Source: Candidatus Omnitrophota bacterium
GTDB taxonomy: Bacteria; Omnitrophota; Gorgyraeia; 2-01-FULL-45-10
Assembly: GCA_041661345.1 (NCBI GenBank)
Contig: JBAZUO010000008.1
Coordinates: 1-60,468, forward strand
DNA: 60,468 bases
Direction of reading: 5' to 3'
A program made the position numbers and the translations under genes. The notes under the pieces are model-generated. The model did no database searches, was not told the DNA's origin, and saw only the letters and a program-made list of their open reading frames with translations. Positions 9,603 through 17,215 of this stretch are shown here, piece after piece. The number at the start of each line of letters is the position of its first letter. The stretch's first letter is position 1.

Positions 9603-9643
9603 AAAAAAAACCATCCATAGCTTCTCTTTCAAGCTTTAGATGG
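9603..9643 (-). promoter_or_regulatory. terminator-like hairpin plus U8 inside the csp 5' leader
   Basis: Minus-strand RNA reads ccatctaaagctt-gaaagag-aagctatggatgg (11 of 13 bp) followed by UUUUUUUU. It lies ~30 nt upstream of the GGGGGTGA SD and the ATG at 9575. Confidence 0.45.
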
Positions 9644-9704
9644 TAGTATTTTTTAACCCAGTTTCGATCTTCAATAAATAGCTCATCCGCAAATAAGTTT
9701 GGCT

Positions 9705-9733
9705 AATATAACATACTAGTTGTTTTCTGTCAA
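9705..9733 (-). promoter_or_regulatory. sigma70-type promoter of csp (TTGACA-17-TATATT)
   Basis: On the minus strand, TTGACA (9733-9728), an exact 17-nt spacer, then TATATT (9710-9705). This predicts a ~120-nt 5' UTR, as is typical of cspA genes. Confidence 0.55.
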
Positions 9734-9743
9734 TATAATTTGC

Positions 9744-10229
9744 CTATTTGCCGCGTTTCGAAAGCCTGTTCCTAACGAGTATCTTCTCTATCGGATTTAT
9801 ATAGTCGATTATAAGCTTACCTAACAGATGATCTATTTCGTGCTGAATGGCCCTGGCCAAAAGTCCATCGGCCTTGAGCTGTATTACCTCACCATCCTCG
9901 TTTAAATAGTTTGCCGTCACAGATTTTGCCCGCCTTACATTTACGATAGTCCCGGGGACGCTTAGACATCCCTCTTCAGCCGTTTCCTTACCATGGCTCT
10001 TTACGATAGAGGGGTTTATCATCTTTATCAAGCCATCACCTACATCTATCACCACGAGCTGTTTGTCTATGCCGACCTGCACTGCAGCAAGGCCTACACC
10101 GCCGGACAGGTACATCACCTTAGCCATTTCGGTAAGGTCTTTCTTTTCGCCGACAGTTACGCTGGCTATTCTTTTTGCCTTCTTCCTTAGGATCTCTTCC
10201 GGGAATATCTTGATTTTAAGGTCGGACAT
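9744..10229 (-). CDS. def: peptide deformylase
   Basis: 161 aa. GVGLAAVQVG, EGCLSVPG and QHEIDHL motifs. Confidence 0.95.
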   Translation of the reverse strand: MSDLKIKIFPEEILRKKAKRIASVTVGEKKDLTEMAKVMYLSGGVGLAAVQVGIDKQLVVIDVGDGLIKMINPSIVKSHGKETAEEGCLSVPGTIVNVRRAKSVTANYLNEDGEVIQLKADGLLARAIQHEIDHLLGKLIIDYINPIEKILVRNRLSKRGK

Positions 10230-10235
10230 TATTTC

Positions 10236-10586
10236 TTATTTGGTGGGCATATTTTTTGAATCCACATGTACAACTTTGAGTTTTGATTTTTTCGATTTTT
10301 CATCTTCCATGAGGGTATATGATAGAATTATAACCAGATCTCCGGCCTTGCCAAGATGAGCTGCGGCGCCATACAGGCCGATTTTTCCGGATCCGGCTCT
10401 CTCTTTAATGGCATAGGTCTCAAACCTGGCGCCGTTATTGACATTCACGACCTGGACTATTTCGCCGGGGATAATATCCGCTTTCTCTAATAGATTCTTA
10501 TCTATGCCTATACTGCCTTCGTAGTGGAGATCAACCTTGGTCAGGGTTGCCCTGTGTATTTTTGACTTGCACATCATCCTGTACAT
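10236..10586 (-). CDS. panD: aspartate 1-decarboxylase
   Basis: 116 aa. KSKIHRATLT...HYEGSIGID contains the Gly-Ser self-cleavage site. Confidence 0.93.
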   Translation of the reverse strand: MYRMMCKSKIHRATLTKVDLHYEGSIGIDKNLLEKADIIPGEIVQVVNVNNGARFETYAIKERAGSGKIGLYGAAAHLGKAGDLVIILSYTLMEDEKSKKSKLKVVHVDSKNMPTK

Positions 10587-10594
10587 GAACAGCC

Positions 10595-10960
10595 TTAATC
10601 TCCTATCTCGGTCAGATTTTCGCCGTCAAAATAGAGCTTCTTCGTCTTAGATAGATACCCTGCGTCTAAAGGTATAGATCTGTATTGAGCGCTGTATGTC
10701 CATACCTCACGCTTGTTTTGCCACTTTTCTTTGTCTTCCACGGTCTTTACGCTATCCGGCTTGCCCCATATAGACTCCACCTGCTGCTTTGTCATGCCTA
10801 TCTTTATAGATTCCGTTCCAAGCGGATGCTGTAATACATCGTCGGCATCCGGTACGCTTATCGCCGAACAGCCGCACAGTACGGCGCATGACAATAATAA
10901 AATAGCAGAGACTAATATACCGCTGCGAATTGATCTAATTCTTATTCTTAAACTTTGCAT
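10595..10960 (-). CDS. lipoprotein with SmpA/OmlA (BamE-like) domain
   Basis: 121 aa. LCGCS lipobox and a GMTKQQVESIWGKPDSV motif typical of BamE/SmpA_OmlA. The start overlaps the upstream PilZ gene by 26 nt. Confidence 0.55.
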   Translation of the reverse strand: MQSLRIRIRSIRSGILVSAILLLSCAVLCGCSAISVPDADDVLQHPLGTESIKIGMTKQQVESIWGKPDSVKTVEDKEKWQNKREVWTYSAQYRSIPLDAGYLSKTKKLYFDGENLTEIGD

Positions 10961-11345
10961 TATTTTTATCCTCCGTTAGGCTATATATGAGATCACAAAC
11001 GAATTTAAGAAATGTATTTTTATTATCCTCTTCTATTTCGACGAGTTCGACCCCGACGCTCAGCGGCGATGCGTCCTCCAGTGACAATTTTCGTTTCCAT
11101 ATTACCCTGCCATTTGCGTGGACCGGATTATTGCCGCCCGGGATTTCAAGCTTCATCTCGAGAGCATCGCCCTCTTTTAAGGATTTGTCGGACGCTACTA
11201 ATCTTAAGCCCTCTGCAGATATGTCCTCCGCAGCAGCCTTATGTATCCTATTACTGCCGGTAACCGTGTACGTCGTGTTTAACGCGGTCTTCAGCCTGAG
11301 ATACGATCTTCTCTCTATGATCTGCTCTTTGATTGTTTTCACCAT
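10935..11345 (-). CDS. PilZ domain-containing protein
   Basis: 136 aa. RRSYLR (RxxxR) and DISAEG ((D/N)xSxxG) c-di-GMP-binding motifs. Confidence 0.8.
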   Translation of the reverse strand: MVKTIKEQIIERRSYLRLKTALNTTYTVTGSNRIHKAAAEDISAEGLRLVASDKSLKEGDALEMKLEIPGGNNPVHANGRVIWKRKLSLEDASPLSVGVELVEIEEDNKNTFLKFVCDLIYSLTEDKNNAKFKNKN

Positions 11346-11390
11346 AAGCTTAAAAGGCCTCGCAGGCTAAAATATAGCATATACGCATAA

Positions 11391-13052
11391 TCACGTCAAA
11401 TCTATTTTTTTATCGGGTTCGGCTAGGGCCTTATTTAGCCAGCCCAGTATATTGCCAAGAGCCTCTTTGTCGGCCTCATGGCGCAGGCCATGGGTGCCGT
11501 CATTGATAATCTTTCCGAAGAAATTACCCAGATATTCACAATATGTCAAAATGTGCGATGTGTTGCCGCTATCCGAGAGTATCTTGTCAATATTCGATGC
11601 CCATTCCATGGGCACAATTTTATCTTCCTTACCCTGTAATATCATTACCGGGATTTTTATATTTTTAGCGACCTCGTCAACATTATCGGCTATCTCTTCC
11701 TTCAGTTTTTTTGCAAAGCACCTTCTCCATAATATATATATCCAGTTGCCTTTGGCGCTTAAGGCCTTTTGTCTTGTCTCCTCGACTGCCTTTGAAACGA
11801 GTTCGCAATAGCTTGCGCTCCAATTTTTATTATCGACGAAGTAGGTTTCGGCGGATTTTAAGTATACCTGGGGGGCTAACAAGACGAGCGCCTTTACTGT
11901 GGGGAGTGATCCGGCCGTCTTTAGCGCATAAAAGGCGCCTCTCGCATGACCCAGGACTGCTATCCTGTCAGCGTCAACCTCTTTCTGACCCGCCAGGCAT
12001 TCCAGGGCTTTGCCGAGATCATCTATGCAATCGCTTTCTGCGTACGCATCAGGATTACCATCGCTAGAGCCTATTCCGCGTTTATCAAACCTTAATACGC
12101 AATAACCGTTCGCGGATAAATAATCGGCAGTCGAACTGAATAGACCTCTGTAGTTCCGGTCTTCAGGGCCATCTCCCCAAACAAGTAGCACGGCAGGAAA
12201 CTTGCCATCACCATTGGGTACCGTCAGAGTTCCCGATAATCGTACTTTGTCATTATTGAAAACCACATCTCGCGATGTATACGCGTCGGATTTTGGCATA
12301 TATGGCGCTGGCGTCAAGGCCTTCGGCGCGGAAAAACTTCTGGTGACCTTTAGTCCGCGCCCGGGCAGGTCTATGGCTATCAGGCTTCTGTCCGACTTTG
12401 CCACCCAAATACTTCCCTGCGGGCAATTTTTTGTCTTGAATATAAGGTTTTCTGTTTTTATTTTTCTGCGCCCTATTTTCAAATATTCATTTTTTATTGA
12501 TGTCAGCATGAGATATCTTTTCATTGGCGGCAACTCGGATCGCCCAAAGAATACGAGAGTTCCGAATCCCTGCGACTTACCTATTTTGAAGTTGTAATTT
12601 TCTATTACGGGTAGATATGTTATCGGCAAACCCTCGTCGAATATTAACGTATCTCTTGTTATGGGCACATCTTTTGCTATGGCGAATTTTGAATTATATC
12701 TGGATATATATGACGCCGTGTTACCTGCTGTCTCTAGATAAACGAATTCTGCTGCACCGTTCGGCGAGGAATCCATCACATAACTCTCTAGGTCGAATTT
12801 CCGGCCAAAAGTCATTCTTGTACGCGACTCCGTCGGCATCTCGTCATACGGCATGGAAGCGATAGATTTATATATGAATTTATCTTCGGTTACAAATTTA
12901 TCTATGCGTATTGTGCCGACATCGTGCCCCGCGTAACTTACCGTGTAGTAGTATACTTTATGTTTATTCTTGTCCAGATAGATGAATGAGGATAGAAAAA
13001 TTACGATGCTTAAGGCAAGCAGCGCAAATACGATTATGTAAAGCTTTTTCAT
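11391..13052 (-). CDS. alpha/beta-hydrolase-fold protein with N-terminal extra domain; nucleophile position is Ala
   Basis: 553 aa with a signal/TM N-terminus. The C-terminal half has VLRFDKRGIGSSDG, then the nucleophile elbow LGHARGA (Ala codon GCG at 11943-11945 where G-x-S-x-G is expected). QGKEDKIVP (Asp) and DGTHGL (His) follow. Confidence 0.7.
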   Translation of the reverse strand: MKKLYIIVFALLALSIVIFLSSFIYLDKNKHKVYYYTVSYAGHDVGTIRIDKFVTEDKFIYKSIASMPYDEMPTESRTRMTFGRKFDLESYVMDSSPNGAAEFVYLETAGNTASYISRYNSKFAIAKDVPITRDTLIFDEGLPITYLPVIENYNFKIGKSQGFGTLVFFGRSELPPMKRYLMLTSIKNEYLKIGRRKIKTENLIFKTKNCPQGSIWVAKSDRSLIAIDLPGRGLKVTRSFSAPKALTPAPYMPKSDAYTSRDVVFNNDKVRLSGTLTVPNGDGKFPAVLLVWGDGPEDRNYRGLFSSTADYLSANGYCVLRFDKRGIGSSDGNPDAYAESDCIDDLGKALECLAGQKEVDADRIAVLGHARGAFYALKTAGSLPTVKALVLLAPQVYLKSAETYFVDNKNWSASYCELVSKAVEETRQKALSAKGNWIYILWRRCFAKKLKEEIADNVDEVAKNIKIPVMILQGKEDKIVPMEWASNIDKILSDSGNTSHILTYCEYLGNFFGKIINDGTHGLRHEADKEALGNILGWLNKALAEPDKKIDLT

Positions 13053-13066
13053 CTATTTCCCGCTTT

Positions 13067-13660
13067 CTAAAACTGGACCAGCATGGGTTCGAAGTCGACC
13101 TTACCTTGCCATCGCCCTGAAGTTTTTGTGAACGCTCCGCCGGTTTTAAGCTCCGATAATATTTCTTTCGGACAGGACGTGAGGATCTTTTTGAATGGCA
13201 GCGATTCCCCCGGCTTTATGATTGCCCTATGGTTGGAGCCTGATGCATATGGAATGGCGATCTGGGTAAGGCTCACCGTCCCTAGGGACGGTTCCTGGGG
13301 ACGGAAGACCACCTCGTATATTATAGCTCCATCGGTGTCGAGGAATTTCACTTTCGCAAGCATATCGACTATGCCCCTGTTACCCGTGTTTTTAATAACG
13401 CCCTCGACTATCGCCTCCCCTTTAAACGTGCCGTAACTCCCAATCCTTGCGTCGAACTTTGAAAGCTCTATATACTTTGCGTAGTACCCTGCATTAAGCC
13501 TATCCATTGCCGTGATATAGGATCTATTGGAATTTTCGTTCTTCAGCTCAAGGTAGGCCGCGTATGCTATCAGTGTCAGGACCAGCACCGAGGATATGAC
13601 ATATCCCGATACAAGCGCTACTATCATGCTCTTTTTCTTCATCATAATTTTACCCGACAT
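13067..13660 (-). CDS. membrane-anchored hypothetical protein
   Basis: 197 aa with a single N-terminal TM and a beta-rich C-terminal domain (possibly DUF3426-like; weak recollection). 11-nt overlap with the upstream gene. Confidence 0.5.
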   Translation of the reverse strand: MSGKIMMKKKSMIVALVSGYVISSVLVLTLIAYAAYLELKNENSNRSYITAMDRLNAGYYAKYIELSKFDARIGSYGTFKGEAIVEGVIKNTGNRGIVDMLAKVKFLDTDGAIIYEVVFRPQEPSLGTVSLTQIAIPYASGSNHRAIIKPGESLPFKKILTSCPKEILSELKTGGAFTKTSGRWQGKVDFEPMLVQF

Positions 13661-14171
13661 CTTTCTTATATAACGATCTTATCTCATTAAAGATACCGAC
13701 ATACTCGGCCGTCTTGTAATCAGGGTATGTCCATGGCCATGGATGGAAAGAATTATCTTTATAGTAAAGAGTTACCTCTGCGTGTATTCCATTATCCAGA
13801 TATATTCTGTGAGTATAATCTTTAGTTGAAAACAGTACAAGCTTTGACAGGTTCAGATAGCCTGGATCTATGTTAATGGTCCGAAACCCGTTTTTTTCAC
13901 ATCTCTTTTCAAGGGCATTCGTTTTCAATTTGACTGCGCATATATTTTTAAGATCTACCGGTTTTTTAAAACTTAAAAACTTCCTCTTTAGATCCGGCCC
14001 CATTTCTTCCCTGTAGTAATTCGTATGGAAGAAATCCGATATCCGGCTTTCGTAATCGATCGGGCCGAATAGTTTTCTTAATTTATCGGTGGCCTGCCCG
14101 ATAATCTCAATATCGTTTGAAATGAGCCCTGTGATAAGCTTCACTTTTTCCGGATGGCTTGCGGTGCCCAT
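13650..14171 (-). CDS. DUF4416 family protein
   Basis: 173 aa. INIDPGYLNLSKLVLFSTKDYTHRIYLDNGIHAEVTLYY resembles the DUF4416 core as I recall it. Confidence 0.55.
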   Translation of the reverse strand: MGTASHPEKVKLITGLISNDIEIIGQATDKLRKLFGPIDYESRISDFFHTNYYREEMGPDLKRKFLSFKKPVDLKNICAVKLKTNALEKRCEKNGFRTINIDPGYLNLSKLVLFSTKDYTHRIYLDNGIHAEVTLYYKDNSFHPWPWTYPDYKTAEYVGIFNEIRSLYKKDVG

Positions 14172-14191
14172 ATCGAATACCGTTATCTATT

Positions 14192-14674
14192 TTATTGTCG
14201 TGAAGCGATCGAATGAAGGTAATTCGTAAAGTTCCTGCCGGAAGGCTCCCTGATCGCCGTGAGCTTTATCCCGTGGTAGAAGAATCTTTTGCCGGAGGCG
14301 TCTTTATTTTTATCTTCTTCGCACCACATGACCTTTCCCTCCAGATCTGCCTCGTTTTTTGGATCGGGTAACAGAACCTTCAGGCTCAAAATGCTATTTG
14401 GGGATAGCTTCTGATCTAATAGTAGCTTAAGCCCCCCTTCCGAGATATCTATGGTTTTGCCGTTCTTCTTGATTTGGGCGCTTTTAATCACAGTGTAGAT
14501 AACATCCAAGCTATCCCTGAATCTCTCGTGCACCCTTCTTTCCTTCCCGTTCCAGTATTCCTCAAGCCTTGCATGATGATGGCCGTTCCTTATTCTGATA
14601 CTGTCGTTTTTGTAAAGCATATAAAGTATTACGGAGAGTAAGGCCAGAAATAACAGTCCGACTATTGTAAACAT
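14192..14674 (-). CDS. membrane-anchored PilZ domain protein
   Basis: 160 aa with an N-terminal TM helix. RRVHER and DISEGG motifs. Confidence 0.8.
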   Translation of the reverse strand: MFTIVGLLFLALLSVILYMLYKNDSIRIRNGHHHARLEEYWNGKERRVHERFRDSLDVIYTVIKSAQIKKNGKTIDISEGGLKLLLDQKLSPNSILSLKVLLPDPKNEADLEGKVMWCEEDKNKDASGKRFFYHGIKLTAIREPSGRNFTNYLHSIASRQ

Positions 14675-14683
14675 AAATAACGC

Positions 14684-15022
14684 CTATCCTTCCCTTTTTC
14701 TTGCTATATAGTTCATTATGGTATCTCTGCTTCTCTGGGAAAGGTTGTCAAAGAAAATGGCCGCGTCATAATGTTTTATCGCGCCGTCTATGATGACCGG
14801 GTGTTCCCTAACCACCACTCCGTCAACCTCGAGCCGTTCCGGCATCATCAATACAAGCCTGACCCTTGACATGAGCGGTATCTCCTTGCTGATCTTACAG
14901 TACAATCCCGACGCGCTTATATCCAGCGTATGCGTGGCCATGTCGAAATCTCCCGCGTTAAGCTTTAACGGCAGGCCTTCGTCCTTTATTCGCGGGAAAG
15001 CCCTTCTCTCATTTGTTGACAT
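14684..15022 (-). CDS. PilZ domain-containing protein
   Basis: 112 aa. RRAFPR and DISASG motifs. Confidence 0.8.
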   Translation of the reverse strand: MSTNERRAFPRIKDEGLPLKLNAGDFDMATHTLDISASGLYCKISKEIPLMSRVRLVLMMPERLEVDGVVVREHPVIIDGAIKHYDAAIFFDNLSQRSRDTIMNYIARKREG

Positions 15023-15081
15023 TTTATTTCGCTCCTTAAGTTATTTTCAATATCCATAAAAGCATTCTACCATTTTATGTG

Positions 15082-15531
15082 CTACGATTTCAAGCATTTC
15101 ACTCCGGATAGCTTAAGGATCGCTGCCGTTACGCCGTCCCCTTTTATTGGGATATTCCTGAACGTGCCGTTATAGATCTGCCCTAAGCCGCAAGATGGGC
15201 TATTCGATTTCAGTACGGCTTTTTTTATATGATATTTTTTTATTAATGATCTGGCCTTTTTGGCGCCGCTTACAAAATTTGCGGTAACATCGCGGCCGGA
15301 GAGGGTGACGACACGGGCCTTTTTCTCTAGAACATCTTTACCATTGCCGCCGATGATCTCCGATTTTTCACGTGGTATTCCCAGGCCGCCGAGCACTTCG
15401 GGGCAAGCGGGAATAGCTAACCCTTCGTTGACCATCTTTAGTATTTTGGGATTTAAATTATTATCGCCGCGATAAGTACAGTTTGCGCCTGCAAGGCATG
15501 CGCTTACTAGTATTTTGTATTGAGAAGGCAT
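15082..15531 (-). CDS. DUF523 (YbbK/TudS-like) domain protein
   Basis: 149 aa. SACLAGANCTYRGDNN...PACPEVLGGLGIPR...SPSCG cysteine pattern typical of DUF523. Confidence 0.75.
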   Translation of the reverse strand: MPSQYKILVSACLAGANCTYRGDNNLNPKILKMVNEGLAIPACPEVLGGLGIPREKSEIIGGNGKDVLEKKARVVTLSGRDVTANFVSGAKKARSLIKKYHIKKAVLKSNSPSCGLGQIYNGTFRNIPIKGDGVTAAILKLSGVKCLKS

Positions 15532-15552
15532 GTTTGAGGAGCGATGTTCTGC

Positions 15553-15834
15553 CTAGCCTTTAGGTGCAGGTGCTTCCTTAGGCTCTTCCTTCTTCTTACT
15601 TATCGTGGTCCAGCACCGCTTTGTGCAATAAAATTGTCCATTTCTGTAATATCGACGCCTGTTCTTTATCGATTTTTTACAGCCGGCGCAATTGGCCGGT
15701 TTCTCTTTCTTCGGTTCTTCCTTCTTCGCGCTTGGCGCACCTTGCGCTGGAGCGGCCGGAGCAAGCGGCGCGGGTGGCTGCGCGCTAACTTCCGGTTTTG
15801 CTTCCTGCTTCTCTTCTTTCTTTTCTTCGCTCAT
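15553..15834 (-). CDS. small low-complexity protein with C-terminal TRASH/FCS-like zinc-ribbon
   Basis: 93 aa. Glu/Lys and Pro/Ala-rich N-terminal part, then CAGC-x19-CTKRC (C-x2-C-x19-C-x3-C spacing). Confidence 0.5.
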   Translation of the reverse strand: MSEEKKEEKQEAKPEVSAQPPAPLAPAAPAQGAPSAKKEEPKKEKPANCAGCKKSIKNRRRYYRNGQFYCTKRCWTTISKKKEEPKEAPAPKG

Positions 15835-15853
15835 AGCTCTACCCTAAAGTGTC

Positions 15854-16207
15854 CTATTTTTTATCCAGCAATCTCAACCACTGCATATATATGTACTCGA
15901 GCAATCTTCCCTTATCCTGCCCGTCTATACTCTTAAATTTAACACCGGTTTCAAATTTACTCTCATCATTGCTTAGGCCCTTCTGCCATGCAACCTCAGC
16001 CGATGCGAATATGGGGACATTGTCACCCGGTACATCCATTGACAGATTGATCTCGGTTCCTTCTCTGAGTTTCTTATCCAGAATAAGTAGGGCGCCCTCT
16101 TTTGATATATTCCGTACTTTGTAGGGTGCCTTGCACCGCTCGCTGATTATCTCGCAGATCGCATTCAACGCGGTTTCAAACCGTAAAAATTTTCTTCTTT
16201 CCGTCAC
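15854..16207 (-). CDS. PilZ domain-containing protein
   Basis: 117 aa. RRKFLR and NISKEG motifs. Confidence 0.8.
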   Translation of the reverse strand: MTERRKFLRFETALNAICEIISERCKAPYKVRNISKEGALLILDKKLREGTEINLSMDVPGDNVPIFASAEVAWQKGLSNDESKFETGVKFKSIDGQDKGRLLEYIYMQWLRLLDKK

Positions 16208-16222
16208 GTCAACCCCTCTTCT

Positions 16223-16262
16223 AAAAAATAAGGGGATAAAAAAGGTTTTTTTCTATCCCCTT
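16223..16262 (-). terminator. intrinsic terminator after the TIGR04073-like gene
   Basis: Perfect 9-bp stem aaggggata (16230-16238) / tatcccctt (16254-16262). It is followed on the minus strand by AUUUUUU (plus-strand A-run 16223-16228). Confidence 0.6.
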
Positions 16263-16290
16263 ATTTCTATCCTGTAATTCCGGATACAAC

Positions 16291-16626
16291 TTACTTCGTC
16301 TTATTGAATACAAATTCTGGTTCCAGAACCGGTGCATAGCCTTCTGGAATCGGGAACGGGAATGTAACTGTCTCATACACTCCAGCGCCTGTGCGCACGA
16401 TCGTCATCCCAACGCCTTTTGCCAAGCCGATTGTTAAACCAGAGAGAGGATTATCTTCTACGCTAGTGTCGTATATGTTTTTAGGAAGCTCAACCCATCC
16501 CGTGACTATATTTGCTAAACCTCTGTAAATCTTCTTGCCCATATCCTGAGCATAACCTGCGTTAGCTATATTCAATATCATGAATACAGCAACACATATA
16601 ATAATGCCCTTTAATAAGTTTTTCAT
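16291..16626 (-). CDS. exosortase system-associated protein, TIGR04073-like
   Basis: 111 aa with a signal peptide. KIYRGLANIVTGWVELPKNIYD...GLAKGVGMTIVRTGAGVYETVTFPFPIPEGYAPVLEPEF matches my memory of the TIGR04073 signature. Confidence 0.7.
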   Translation of the reverse strand: MKNLLKGIIICVAVFMILNIANAGYAQDMGKKIYRGLANIVTGWVELPKNIYDTSVEDNPLSGLTIGLAKGVGMTIVRTGAGVYETVTFPFPIPEGYAPVLEPEFVFNKTK

Positions 16627-16663
16627 TTTATATTGTCACCCCCTTCCGCTTTTAATTTATGCA

Positions 16664-16692
16664 AGTATAACACAAGTTTGGTGATTTGTCAA
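16664..16692 (-). promoter_or_regulatory. sigma70-type promoter (TTGACA-17-TATACT) for the TIGR04073-like gene
   Basis: On the minus strand, TTGACA (16692-16687), a 17-nt spacer, then TATACT (16669-16664). The leader contains a GGAAGGGGGTGA SD before the ATG at 16626. Confidence 0.5.
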
Positions 16693-16716
16693 GCTCACAG
16701 CTGGCTTTTTACCTGC

Positions 16717-17091
16717 TTACGCCGCCTTACGCCGTTGATTTTTCAGTATTTGTTCAACAAGCCCAGTTATTTTTTCCCTGTCCTCAGACCTCATATCTAT
16801 GAACTCTATGCCTGTATCGAAAAGATAGCTGCCCTTCTTCGAAGACGCCTTTTTTACGACCCAAACCACAGTTCCGCCGCATTTTGTAGGCGGATTCTTC
16901 TCGTCCATAAAAAGCTCAAGATCCACGCCTTGGAAGAGGCCCAGGTCATCTTTGATGATTACGCAGATGCCGCCAGCCCCGATATTCTCGGTCTGTGTCG
17001 ATATGGTCTTCGATGTCAGGTGCCTTTTTATACTGATAAGGCATTTGTAATTTGCCCTTGGAAATTTTCTTCTATTAATTCCGTCCCACAT
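16717..17091 (-). CDS. PilZ domain-containing protein
   Basis: RRKFPR and a variant NIGAGG motif. I chose the ATG at 17091 (AAAGGAGA SD 7 nt upstream) over the track start at 17151. Confidence 0.7.
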   Translation of the reverse strand: MWDGINRRKFPRANYKCLISIKRHLTSKTISTQTENIGAGGICVIIKDDLGLFQGVDLELFMDEKNPPTKCGGTVVWVVKKASSKKGSYLFDTGIEFIDMRSEDREKITGLVEQILKNQRRKAA

Positions 17092-17122
17092 GGCTATTCT
17101 CCTTTGACAGTCAACAGGGACA

Positions 17123-17151
17123 AGTATACATAATGGGCCGGGGAATTGCAA
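17123..17151 (-). promoter_or_regulatory. candidate sigma70 promoter (TTGCAA-17-TATACT)
   Basis: On the minus strand, TTGCAA (17151-17146), a 17-nt spacer, then TATACT (17128-17123), upstream of the PilZ gene starting at 17091. Confidence 0.35.
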
Positions 17152-17177
17152 GCCAAATATAAAAAATAAAATTTGAT

Positions 17178-17206
17178 TTGCATGTGAGTATGCGTGCGTG
17201 TATAAT
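17178..17206 (+). promoter_or_regulatory. candidate sigma70 promoter (TTGCAT-17-TATAAT) abutting the exeA-like start
   Basis: TTGCAT at 17178-17183, a 17-nt spacer, TATAAT at 17201-17206. Only 9 nt separate the -10 element from the ATG at 17216, and there is no SD. Confidence 0.45.
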
Positions 17207-17215
17207 TACTACGAT

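Noticed and set aside
17198-17215. The ORF-track starts at GTG 17198 (exeA-like) and TTG 57067.
   Set aside because: These codons fall inside the predicted -10 and -35 promoter hexamers. The ATG at 17216 gives the canonical ExeA N-terminus, and 57067-57273 is out of frame with plsC.
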